DNA from: Marsupella aquatica
Taxonomy: Eukaryota > Plantae > Marchantiophyta
DNA: 64,000 bases
Assembly (NCBI GenBank): GCA_973895155.1
Contig: OZ316893.1
Span: 22,479,844-22,543,843, forward strand
Direction of reading: 5' to 3'
How positions within the stretch are numbered: the first letter of the stretch is position 1; each line of letters begins with the position of its first letter. Shown in pieces: positions 50,001 to 61,800 of this stretch. The notes under the pieces were generated by a model that was not told where the DNA came from, searched no databases, and saw only the letters and a program-made list of their open reading frames with translations. Both the position numbers and the translations under genes were made by a program.

Positions 50001-53000
50001 AAATACCCCTATGGGGAAAATCATTAAAGAAACACTTTCCTCGTATCCTTGCTGGTTTTATGTAACTCATATTGAATGCCTGCATAACAATGCCAACACA
50101 AGCGAATTGCATGCGCTTTGGCATGCACACCTCGGCCACCCCGGCCAATCAATGCTAACCAAAATCATTAAGAATTCAAGAGGCATTCCAATCAATACAT
50201 GCCACATTCCAGCAAGCACCCCATGCACTGCATGCTCACGCGGCAAATTAATAACAAGGCCCACGGCATCAAAATTGCCAACTAAAATACCCCAATTCTT
50301 GGAAATCATCCATGCAGATGTTTGCGGGCCAATTAACCCTCCGAGCGGACCTTTCCGCTACTTTATGGTATTAATCGACGCATCAACTAAATGGTCAAAT
50401 GTGACACTGCTTTCAACGAGGAACATGGTTATGCCTCACATTTTGGCGCAAATCTTGCGCGTGAAAGCACAATTCCCAGATCACCCCATTAAGACACTCA
50501 GGGTGGACAATGCAGGGGAATTCACATCCGAAACATTTGACGACTTTTGCACATCACTTGGCATAGACGTACAATATCCTATACCTCACGTGCATTTTCA
50601 GAACGGATTAGCTCAAACGGTCATTAAATGCCTTCAGTTAATTGCATGTCCATTACTAATGCAGTCAAAACTCCCCGTCTCAGCATGGGGACATGCCATA
50701 TTACAAGCTAATGCAGTAATCCAATACCGCCCATCGGCTTTTAATACCTATAGCCCATACCAAATTGCTAATGGTATTAAACCTGACCTATCCCACCTTC
50801 GTTCATTTGGATGTCAAGTAATGGTCCCCATTACTCCACCCAAACGAACCAAGATGGGATCCCAACGACAGTTGGGGATATACATCGGATTCGACTCTCC
50901 GTCCATAATCCGATATATGGAGCCTACAACTGGCGACATTTTTAAATCTAAATTCCTAGATTGCCATTTTGATGAACATGTTTATCCACCGTTAGTAACC
51001 CCTGAACACCCACAACCACCTTTGGAGTGGGAAAGACATTCGCCATTTTGGCAAGACCTTTGAACCAACCAAGGGGAGAAAGAAGTCCAAAGAATTTTAC
51101 AACTCCACAAGATTGTGGAAGAACTTCTCGACGCTTTCGTCAATACATCACAAGTTAGCCGCTCACATATTCCAGCTGCGAGAGTACCTGCTCGCATTGA
51201 ATTATCAAATGAGCCAACAAGTATATCCCAACCTCGTGCCAAACGTGGCAGACCTTTGGGATCAAAGGATAAACAACCAAGAAGGCGCGGTTCATCTATA
51301 CCACCTTCACCTGATGTCGATCATAACGAATCCACAACTCATGAAGAGATTTATATCCACTATGCACACACCGGTACGATGTGGGATAGAAATACTACTT
51401 CAATAGATGATGCTTTTGCATTAATGGTGGCAACACATATCATAGACGAAACACCCGAACCAATATCCATCTTAGAATGCCAAAACAGACCAGATTGGCC
51501 TGAATGGCAAAAAGCTATAAACGGAGAATTAGATTCCCTACTAAGCAGACACACTTTTGGCCCAGTTGAGCCAACACCCCAAGACGTACATCTCATTGGC
51601 TACAAGTGGACATTCGTCCGCAAAAGAAATGATAAAGGCCAAGTTGTACGCTACAAAGCACGTCTGGTAGGGAAAGGATTTACCCAACAACCGGGAATTC
51701 ATTACGATGAAACTTACTCACCGGTTATGGATAGCACAACATTCTGATACCTTATCGGATTTGCCATTTTTCATAAACTACAAATGCGACAACTGGATGT
51801 TGCGACCGCATATCTATATGGAACTTTAGACACTTGTCTATACATGCGATCACCTCCCGAGTTGGAGCAACGTCGCCGAGCTTTAGCTCAAGGCGCTAAA
51901 TCGCATATCCCATATTTACATAAGATTATAACACAATTATCTCAATTTACACCTCATGTATCATCTACACATGTAACTCATAATAACGACACCGCTGTGT
52001 CAACCATACGGAATACTCGCCGCGGACTAGCTATCCGCGTGTTGAAGGCATTATATGGCCTGAAACAAAGTGGCAGAGTATGGTATCAAAAATTTACTAA
52101 TGAAATGATTGCCATGATGCAATAACCCCATGTTTATTTATTAAACATATGGATGACGAATATGTCATCATTTCTATCTATGTTGATGACTTAAACATAT
52201 TTGGGACACCCCAAATTACTAAAGATACTATCACTCGTCTTAAATCAACATTTGAGATGAAAGACCTTGGACATACAAACTTTTGCTTAGGCTTACAACT
52301 GGAGATCTTACCTACTAGAATGATGCTCCATCAAACAACACAAACCGAAAAGATCATAAAACAGTTCAATTCATGAACCTAGCACACCCATTGACGTCAC
52401 CAATGGTTGTACGTTCATTAGAAAACACCACTGATGTTTTTCGCAAGCGCGAAGAACATGAACCAATATTAGGACCAGAAACTCCGTATCTTTCTACGAT
52501 AGGAGCATTAATGTATCTAGCAAATCAGACACGACCAGACATTGCATTTGCAGTTAACTTACTAGCTAGACATAGTGCAACTCCCACAGCCAGACACTAG
52601 AATGGAGTTAAGCACGTATTTAGATATCTACGTGGAACCACCGATACCAGGTTATTTTACCCATTCAGTGCAAACCACGAACTCATAGGATATGCGGATG
52701 CCGGATATCTCTCCGACACTGATACCGCAAAATCCCAAACCAGATATGTTTTTACCATAGGGGGTACCGCTTTCTCTTGGAAAAGCGTGAAACAGACCCT
52801 AACAATAACCTCATCGAATCACTCAGAAATCTTAGCTCTACATGAGGGTAGTCGTGAAGCCGTTTGGTTACGATCCTTTATAAACCACATCAACACCAAA
52901 TGCGGCCTACCACCACTAACGAAACCTACTAACATTTTTGAGGATAACGCAGCATGTATACAGCAGATCACAAAAGGATTCATCAAAGGCGATCATGTGA

Positions 53001-53641
53001 AACATATAGCTCCAAAGTTTTTATACACCCACGAGTTACACGGAAAAGAGATCAACATTTTGCAAATTTCAAGTGCAGACAACTGTACGGATCTCTTCAC
53101 CAAATCACTATCGCCATCAGTTCACCACCGACACTGCCAGGCGATTGGACTGCGGAGCGTGCGACGCATGATGACCGTGGAAGCTACTGCTCCACATGAT
53201 GCTTGATGATGCTGACGACATGATGCTGATGACATGATGCTGATGACCTACTATTGAAACAGATATTAAAGCTAGATTTACCATAACATCTAACTTTACT
53301 TAACATTGACATTTATTACGACGAGGACTGTTAGGCTACACTCTTTTTCCTTTAGCACTCATATTTTTTCTTTGCTACATTGATAGAGTTTTTACTAAGC
53401 TAGAGTTGATAAAGGTTTTTTAACGAGGCAGTCTACCTTGCTTGTATTTATATCATGTATTTCCTATGAACATGATATAATAGGTATAGTCTATGTTGTC
53501 TATATAGTTGTCACTATATATCCAAAGGGGAGTGTTAGACTCTACCTATGACCGGACGACCGGACCAGCCGGTCACCCGACCCCACTATATGTACACACA
53601 TTACTGACTATACAGTTATCTATTGCATTCATTCCATGACA
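47015..53641 (+). mobile_element. Ty1/copia retrotransposon of Bianca type, structurally complete but coding-dead
   Basis: 109-bp TG..CA LTRs at 47015-47123 and 53533-53641 (2 differences); TSD CCAAA; PBS CGTTATCAGCACG at 47124-47136; PPT AAAGGGGAG; Bianca-like motifs LDIDGSNYLEW, DSATTHTILRD, GPINPPSGPFRYFMVLIDASTKWS and KHIAPKF. Confidence 0.93.
48520..53206 (+). pseudogene. Disrupted gag-pol of the Bianca-type element
   Basis: One ancestral frame, with stops at 48817, 49108, 49156, 49459, 51061, 51745 and 52598 and frameshifts near 52115 and 52370. Confidence 0.9.
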
Positions 53642-54228
53642 CCAAACTCATTATATGAGACTAATTAGGAACCTATTTTTTTATATTCTTTTGAGATTTG
53701 TAGTTACACCCTTATTAGTGTGTGTGAGACTATTTAAGCAGGGAGACTGAATAAATTATGATACTACTGTATTTCGGGTAAACAGTGTAGATTACAAAAG
53801 TAACCAAGCCAGTCCAGAAAGATTGTGCATGTGACCCATATCTCAAGAGTGAACTAAGGAAGTTGGAGTTGCCCTAGTAGGGCCAATAAAATAATGCAGG
53901 TCTCCAGTGAGTTATCTTCTCCAACTAAATCAAAAAGGAATCAAAACTGATTTAAGGGGCGTGGTAGGTGCGCATCATCCAATAGCCGAGCGCCACGTGT
54001 GGAACCGGTCCCCTAATAGCGACCCCAGAGGTGCGGCCCTCAATTCTCTCTCTCGGTCTCTCGAGAGTGCCGATTCCCTCACGTCTACGAGAAAAGTGCT
54101 CATTCTGAAGGATAAATCTCTCTCTCGCTCTGTCGACCGCGAAAGGCAAGCCGGCAATTCGCTCGAGAAGGTGAAGGAGAACGATTGAAAGAGAGGGAGA
54201 GAGATCGGAGTTCGTCGAGGTGTTGGCG

Positions 54229-54903
54229 ATGGATCGACCTGCGAAGACGAGGAGTGTTTCGAAATGGGCGCTGGCGTGGTCGGGCGCTCTGGTCGTGACC
54301 TGGTTTCTGCTCTTGACCACGGCGGTGGTGACCGTGCAGGGGTCGAAGAAACAGAAGCTCGATACGATCACGCACCGAGTCTTCTTCGATGTAGAGATCG
54401 GGGGCGAGAGCGCCGGCCGAATTGAGATGGGGCTGTTCGGCAAGGCCGCTCCCAAGACGGTGGAGAATTTCAGAGCTCTCTGCACGGGCGAGAAGGGCAA
54501 CGGGAAGAGTGGCAAGCCCTTGCATTACAAGGGAAGCATTTTCCACCGGGTCATTCCCGGGTTCATGCTGCAGGGAGGCGATACGACCCACGGAAACGGA
54601 CAGGGTGGGGAGTCGATTTATGGAGCTAAGTTTGCCGACGAGTCCTTCAAGCTGAAGCACACTGGAGCGGGAATTCTTTCCATGGCCAATGCCGGCAAGG
54701 ACACGAATGGGTCCCAGTTCTTCATCTGCACTGTGAAGACCAGCTGGCTGGATGGCAAGCATGTGGTGTTTGGCAAGGTGCTGTCTGGCATGGATGTCGT
54801 GTACAAAGTGGAGGCTCAAGGGTCTCAGTCTGGTACTCCCAAAAAGAAGGTGGTTGTTGTGGACAGTGGGGAGTTGCCTCTTGCTGAGCACGACAGCAGT
54901 TGA
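54229..54903 (+). CDS. Cyclophilin-type peptidyl-prolyl isomerase with N-terminal signal/anchor (secretory CYP19-4/CYP20-1 type), single exon, 224 aa
   Basis: Hydrophobic N-terminus, then [55 protein letters not shown] and [12 protein letters not shown]. Confidence 0.95.
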   Translation: MDRPAKTRSVSKWALAWSGALVVTWFLLLTTAVVTVQGSKKQKLDTITHRVFFDVEIGGESAGRIEMGLFGKAAPKTVENFRALCTGEKGNGKSGKPLHYKGSIFHRVIPGFMLQGGDTTHGNGQGGESIYGAKFADESFKLKHTGAGILSMANAGKDTNGSQFFICTVKTSWLDGKHVVFGKVLSGMDVVYKVEAQGSQSGTPKKKVVVVDSGELPLAEHDSS

Positions 54904-56652
54904 TGATAGTCTACTTTAACGGTTTTAGGGTTTTCTGTCCATGTGGACCTGCCCCTTGAAGGCATTTCGCGTCTTTCAAGACCCTTTTTTTGTTTGCCTT
55001 TCTGATATTGGCCTTTTCACTTAGATATGGGCCTTCTTTTGAGATTTGGGCTCACGAGTAAAGGTAAGTGAGCACTGCAGCAATGAACTTGACGGCCTTT
55101 CAAGGCAATAGTGGTAATGGAGGAGGACGTAGTGGGACTTTGAGCTATCTCTGTTCTATCACCGTTAATTCACGGGAATGTGTTTTACACTATACAGACT
55201 TATGTCCGTGATGGCTGTTTATGTACTTGTTTGTTTTATTGATACCAGTCTTGGCACAGATCATTCAAATGGGCAGAAAGGAGGAAGTTTTGCGAAGTGT
55301 TCCGATCTTTCATAATATCTCATGAATGAACTGTTAAGCATTTTTAAGATCCTGTCAAACCCACTCTCAGACGTCCATTTATCGTTGGTCTAGGTTAGCA
55401 CAGTATATCGAATTTACCATGTTTGTTATGCTTTGAACCACTCTAATGAGAACTTTTGGACGCTGAAATTCCGGAAATACGTGAATTGACTATGGAACTA
55501 AAATCAGAAACAGTTGGGCAAGAAAAATCTCAGAGAGACAGTATAGCAAGCCAGTGGTCATTATTGGGGACTTGTTATCACTAGTTGTTGTGAAAGTAAA
55601 TCTGCATGTAGATCGAAGGATCAAGAATAGAGAAGTATATTTCTTTCTTAAACTTAAGAGGAATCTGTGATGTATATAATTTAGGTCAAATTATTTTCAT
55701 ACTCCGCCAATCAGCTCTCTTCTAATTTGACGAGAATGGTGGAAGCAACTCCTATATTATCAGCTCTGATTTGTCAACACCTGCCTTCGCCCATGGCCCT
55801 TCCAAAGCCTTTTTCCTCTAGTCTTGCTCCAGTTCCCTTGAAAATTCATTTTCAGATTTGCAAGATTAGCAGTAACGGCATGTCTATAGCAATTCAGTAC
55901 ATTGAAACGAGGTTAGTAATTACTGATGCCAAGTGTGCCCAAAACTGGAATGTGATGGTGCATTTTCGGCCCCAAATTGGAATGTGATGGTGCATTGTTG
56001 GAATTCTGTACATTGAGACGAGGCTACTAATGTCAATTGTGCCCCAAACCTGATTGTGATAGGCAGTAGTTTAGGGATTTGGTACGTTAAGACGAGGCTA
56101 CTAATTCGTGCTTCGTTCAACTCCCGGTGAATATGAAATCAATAATTGCCTCTGCATCTTTGAATGTGGTAGGCTTGGTGGTATCCATTATGTGATAGGG
56201 TGGTTGAGCTCCAGGTTAGTATGACATGGAATAATTCCGTCTGCCATCTGTGTCCAAGATTTCACTGCGATTGGCATCTTCTAGTGATATTGAGAATTCA
56301 ACTCTCGTGAAATCAGACAGAGAATACATACGATCATCTTTGTGCTTACAAATTTTCAATGTGGCAGTCGTCTTTGTGATATGTCCGCCCAAGTCTGTAA
56401 ATATAGGTTTTCTGCTCCTGTTAGATCTGCTGAGAATTGCACTTGATTGGCACTGTGAAATCCTAACTGTGAAAAGCCATCCCGACCGGGTGCTTGGTAT
56501 GAAGAGAATTCTTCCTAGATGATATTATTTTGCCCACTTTGAGACGCCCACTTTTGAGACGCTTAAAGGATATGATGGCAAACATAGGTAGCGATCCTGT
56601 TATACGTGGCCACAATATGCCAATTCCTAAAACTCCACTGTTACACGTTTAC

Positions 56653-57052
56653 GCCAATTCCTGTTTGGAATGTCCCATAACAGGAAGTGAATTCACAGCT
56701 GGGGCTCGAAACCAAATTTTGACTTGCCTGGTCGGAAACAAATTTTGACTTGATCCCTGAATGGACAATTAATCCCTGATGGACACAATTGTTTGTGCCA
56801 ATTCCTGTTTGGAATGTCCCATAACAGGAAGTGAAGTGAAAGCTGGCGATGGAAACCAAACTTTGACTAGCCTGGTTGGAAACAAACTTCGACTTGATCC
56901 CTGAATGGACAATTAATCCCTGAAGAACACAATTGTTTGTGCCAATTCCTGTTTGGAATGTAACAGGAAGTGAAGTGAAAGCTGGGGATGGAAACCAAAT
57001 TTTGACTTGCCTGGTTGGAAACAAATTCCTGTATGGAATGTCCCATAACAGG
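56653..57052. repeat. Tandem repeat with a 144-bp unit (about 2.7 copies), each with an internal stem-loop
   Basis: GCCAATTCCTGTTTGGAATG at 56653, 56797 and 56941. TTCCTGTT / AACAGGAA palindrome in each unit. Confidence 0.9.
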
Positions 57053-57444
57053 AAAAGAAGTACTAAGAGAAAACAAAGACAAAAGAAAAAACAAGAGAAT
57101 GAGATAAACACAAAAGACAAATCAATTAAATGTTCCTCATCTCTATCCAACAAATTAGTGCCATAGCACCTTATGCAGCTCAACTTCAACACAACCCTTC
57201 TAGAGCATAGCACAAATTCCTTCAATCAACCCTCTAGATATATAGCATGTTCATCCTGGAAACAATGTTGTTACTTGCCTGGTTGGAAACAAAACTTGTT
57301 GATGTTGATGCCTGAATGGGAAAACCAATCCCTGATGGACACAATTGAAATTGAAAATGAGAACATTTAATTGATTTGTCTTTTGTGTTTATCTCATTCT
57401 CTTGTTTTTTCTTTTGTCATTGTTTTCTCTTAGTACTTCTTTTC
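57052..57444. repeat. 84-bp near-perfect inverted repeat with a 225-bp spacer
   Basis: 57052-57135 versus 57361-57444; one mismatch by my reading. Confidence 0.9.
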
Positions 57445-57802
57445 TTGGGTGAATGGTGGGATTTTTTATTCAATTGTTTTCTTCTTATTTCTTGTGTGGG
57501 AATAGAAGTGGGCAATAACCACGGACTACATCTTTTAAAGGGATCATTTTCTTCCTTTGAGGATGGCTAGGTGTGGCCCGTATACAAAAGGATAAGGGGA
57601 TTGTTTTTTTTATTCTTGGGAATTTATATTCTGTATACAATTTTTTTCAGCCTTTTAGGGTGGGCCAGTTAGGGAAGGGAGGAAATTTTTAATTTTCAAA
57701 ATATTTGTTAAAAAATTGGTTTTGTCTCTTCTTCTTTTTTATTGGGAGAGGGAGCTAGTTGAGGGCATCTTTTAATACAGTAAATATGAGCAAAATTTGA
57801 AA

Positions 57803-58372
57803 TCAAGGAGTCCCTAAAACAACAAAGCCAAATAGGGAGCGAGGATGACAATGGCAAAAGGACCCAATAAGACCAAACAGTCCCAACAAGCCAAGGAGTC
57901 CCAATAACAACAAAGCCAAAGTGGGACAGAGGATGACAATGGCAAAAAGACCCAATAAGACCAAAGAGTCCCAACAAGCCAAGGATAGGTAGAGTAACCC
58001 AGTATATTACCAGCCACAAAATTTCCTTCAGCCTTTGCGATTGACCTCACTGGGCCTGGTTAAGCCGGCCGGTTAAGTGCGAGTGCAATTGAGCTTCATT
58101 TCAGAACTTGAGATATATATGAAACTCTCTAAAACGACAGAAACTCCAAACAGGGAGACACTATCCCACTGGCAAAAAGACCCAATAAAGGGAGGAAAAT
58201 AAAACCCCCATAAGGCCAACGAGTCCCAACAAGCCAAGGAGTCCCAATAACAACAAAGCCAAATAGGGAGAGAGGATGACAATGGCAAAAAGACCCAATA
58301 AAGGGGAGAAAAGAAAGACCCAGAGAAGACCAAAGGGGCCGAACGGGCCAAGGAGTCCCAACAACAACAAAA
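57803..58372. repeat. Cluster of about 89-bp repeat units
   Basis: CAAGGAGTCCC.A.AACAACAAAGCCAAA..GAGGATGACAATGGCAAAA.GACCCAATAA recurs at 57803, 57892 and 58235, and partially at 58349. Confidence 0.85.
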
Positions 58373-58432
58373 AGTACACAAACTACGAACCAGAGAACTG
58401 CAACACTCTTGAGCGGGAGACTGAGAGGAGGA

Positions 58433-58862
58433 TTTGAGGCGAAGATTCATTTCAGATTTTGGAGATGAGCTGAAGGAGCTGCGCTGAGAAAGGAATTCGG
58501 AAAACGAGGGCATTGGTTGGAAGAGAAGCTACAGAAAGGCACTTCGTTACGGAGGCAGTCGGTTTGACAATTGCAGGGTGGGACATTCGCAGTGAAGTCT
58601 TTTTGATAGTTGACAGGACAGATGCTATGGATGGACAAGTACAGGGGTTTTGAGGTCAAGATTCTTTTCAGATTTTGGAGATGAGCTGACGGAGCTGCGC
58701 TGAGGAAAGGAATTCGGAAAACGAGGGCTTTGGTTGGAAGAGAAGCTACAGAAAGGCACTTCGGAACGGAGGCGGTCGGTTTGACAGTTGAAGGGTGGGT
58801 CATTTGCAGTGAAGGCTGTGTGATAGTTGACAGGAAAGATGCTATGGGTGGACAAGTACAGG
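58433..58862 (+). repeat. 217-bp tandem duplication of the RFC 5-prime leader and first 8 codons
   Basis: 58433-58645 versus 58649-58862; both end GATGCTATGGRTGGACAAGTACAGG. Confidence 0.92.
58622..58684 (+). other. Candidate 20-codon uORF MLWMDKYRGFEVKILFRFWR
   Basis: ATG 58622 to TGA 58684, created by the duplication; whether it is transcribed is unknown. Confidence 0.5.
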
Positions 58863-61800
58863 CCGCACACCCTGGACAAGGTTATGGTGCATGTTCAGGA
58901 AGCACAGCACCTCAAAAATCTGGTAAAAGCTCAATTTCTCGGATCTACCTATTGATTGCTTCGTCAGTAGCCCTTCTCTGAAAGCCAAGAACCGATGGGG
59001 TCCCCTGTTGAAACTTTTCCACGTCTTTCCTTTTGAATTTTGATGGGTTTTGAATCCTTGGTTGTTGAGTGGTGTTCATTTTCTTCCCTCTTGCGATCAG
59101 TGTCATCTCGAGGATGAGGGTTTTGAACCGTCGGGTTTTCTTGCTCACTTCTATGGTTCTTGTTCAATTCCCCTTTCTTCGCTTTCGATGTTCTGTGCTC
59201 CATTGATGTTACCACTTATGTATTGGAATTTTTGGCAGATTGGTCAAGGCGATTGTCCGCACCTTTTATTTTACGGGCCGTCAGGAGCTGGGAAAAAGAC
59301 CTTGATCATGGCTTTGCTACGAGAAATGTATGGTCCAGGTGCTGAAAAGGTCAGTGGGGCTGGTAACTTTCCTGCTCTCGATGGAGACGAGATGTATGTC
59401 ACGGGATCCTGCTTTTGCTTTTCCTAGTAAATTCGAAGAGGTTTACTCACGTTTGAAGATGGTGAATGAATGTGTCCAGTAACCTGGTTTACTGCTCGCC
59501 AGAAACCACTATCATCGTCAATGCTTGTCTCTACCAAATATGATCCCTGCAAAGAGTTGTATGAAATACTTGTACATTCACACCTAGCGCTGTCTGTGTA
59601 TCATATGTTGAGTGCATGGTCAACAATAATTCCTTGTCGAGTTCTTGACCTGACTACAGATATTGCGCACTAACCTGACACTCTTGTGTTTTGACATCCT
59701 GTAGGTGAAGGTGGAGAACAAGCCTTGGAAAGTGGAGGTACAGCTATGATGTATCTATGACGACTGCTTTTCTAGCTGTTTCTCACTGTTTATGTTGTGG
59801 GCAGTTGGATTCAACTGCGGTCATGCACTAACAACAATCGGCAGAGAAGAACGGAATTTGCTTGTTTGATAGTTGGGCTTACAGTTCATCCAGTCCTGTT
59901 GGCCGTGTTGAAGCTTTCCTGATAAGTTGAGATATGTTTCACACAACAAACTGTCATATTTCTAAGTACGGCCTCCCAAGCATAGTACAACTCCAATGTG
60001 CTGAAGTGGAACTATCTGTGTCTCACCTTCCATTTCGCAGGTAGGCACTCGGAAGTTGGAGATTGACCTCACGACCGTCTCCAGCAACTATCATGTCGAA
60101 TTCAGTCCCAGTGATGCAGGATTCCGAGACCGTTACGTCGTGCAGGAAATCATCAAGGAGATGGCGAAAAACAGGCCCGTAGATGTCAGTGGGATAAAGA
60201 GCTTCAAAGGTCTTATAAACGTCCAATGTTTATTGCGATTCACGTTGTTAGTCTCGGTTTGCGCGAAGACCCTTACGACATCCAGGACAGACTTTCGGTT
60301 GCTTAGTATTGAGTAGCTTCGAGCACTTACGATTAGCTTTGTCAGAGGCCTACATTGGTGGCTTTGGGTCGAGAGACTTGGCATATTTGTACAGCAACGT
60401 CAGTTCATTTTCTTCTTCTTTCCCCTACCTTCCGAGGGCTCAGGAACTAGCCCGTGCTCATGAAGTATTTGTCATGTTGCAGTTGTCGTTCTGAATGAGG
60501 TTGATAAACTATCGAAAGAGGCTCAACATTCTCTTCGGCGGACGATGGAAAAATATAGCTGGGCTTGCAGACTGATTCTGTGCTGTAACAGCGCATCAAA
60601 AGTCATTGAAGCTGTTCGTTCTAGATGTTTGAATGTTCGCATCAATGCACCGACTAAGGATGAGGTAGAGTGCCTAGAACTTCTAGTTATTTTGAAAACG
60701 ATATGTCAGCTATGATAATCTACACTTCAGTTGACATGTGAGACAGACACGCGAGACAGTCGTTCCAATGGACAGGTTTTGTTTGGTCATTTTGGAGATT
60801 CTTAATCTCTTTCGAAATCTTTCTTACAAACAGGTGACATGCAAGCATGAATATCTGGCCCTACTCTGTAGTCGATGAATGGCCTCCTTTACTAATTCTA
60901 AACTCATGGCCGAGAATGATCCAATTACCTGACCTTTCGTGCTTGTAATTCTGAGTTCCTGACTTGTGGTTCCTGGCAGATTGTAGATGTTCTACAGTTT
61001 GTTTCCAAGAAGGAGGGTTTGCAGCTGCCTGCCGGTTTGGCTGGCCGTATTGCATTTCAATCTAATCGGAATTTAAGACAAGCACTTCTGTCGTTTGAAG
61101 CTTGCCACGTCCACCAGTACGTTCATAATCCCTATTCCGAGTCCGGTATACTCGTAATTGTGTTTGAGGGGCTGAGACAGCGCTCATGGGATTGAATGGA
61201 AGGGTATACAGCGTTCGACGAGTGAGACAGAGGAAGTAGATAAAGCACAGGAAGGAAGACCCCGAATTTTTTTAAGAAACTGCAGGAATACTGACCGTCT
61301 GTCGTTGACAGAATTTTCCAGTAGTGGAAAGCAGTCCCAGTAGCTCACTTGATAGATTCTGTTTTGGCTATGCTGCGAGTGTTTCACCATCGCGTATAGC
61401 CCACACTCTACTTCTTTGATAGACAACGGAATCTATGGACCTTGTGACAGGTACCCATTCACAGACAACCAGCAAGTACAAATGACAGACTGGGAGCAAT
61501 ATGTTGTCGAGATTGCAAATGATATTGTGAACGAGCAAAGCCCCAAGAGGTAATTCATTCGCGTTGTTGCGAGGTCCGTGCTGACGATGTAGATAACTTC
61601 CCAGTGAATAACTATTCGGAGGTGACTACAACTCTTGGAATCACCATGCTGTGTGCCTAATTGAGCAACTGATTTAAGATCCTTGCTGAATGCAGACTAT
61701 TCCAAGTTAGGGGGAAGCTTTATGAGCTACTATCCAATTGCATACCCCCGGAAAGTATTCTTAAGGTAGGTTGTTTGTGTTTGTGCATTCTGATGCCAGC

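Larger units (their letters stand above)
46651..53787. mobile_element. Small TIR element (about 0.5 kb) split by the Bianca insertion
   Basis: TA-CACTGATTACC at 46649-46661 versus GGTAAACAGTG-TA at 53777-53789. TGTGTGAGACT motifs occur on both sides of the retrotransposon. Confidence 0.45.

Noticed and set aside
54100-54891. 263-aa antisense ORF over the cyclophilin
   Set aside because: It is the typical antisense shadow of a high-GC3 coding sequence.
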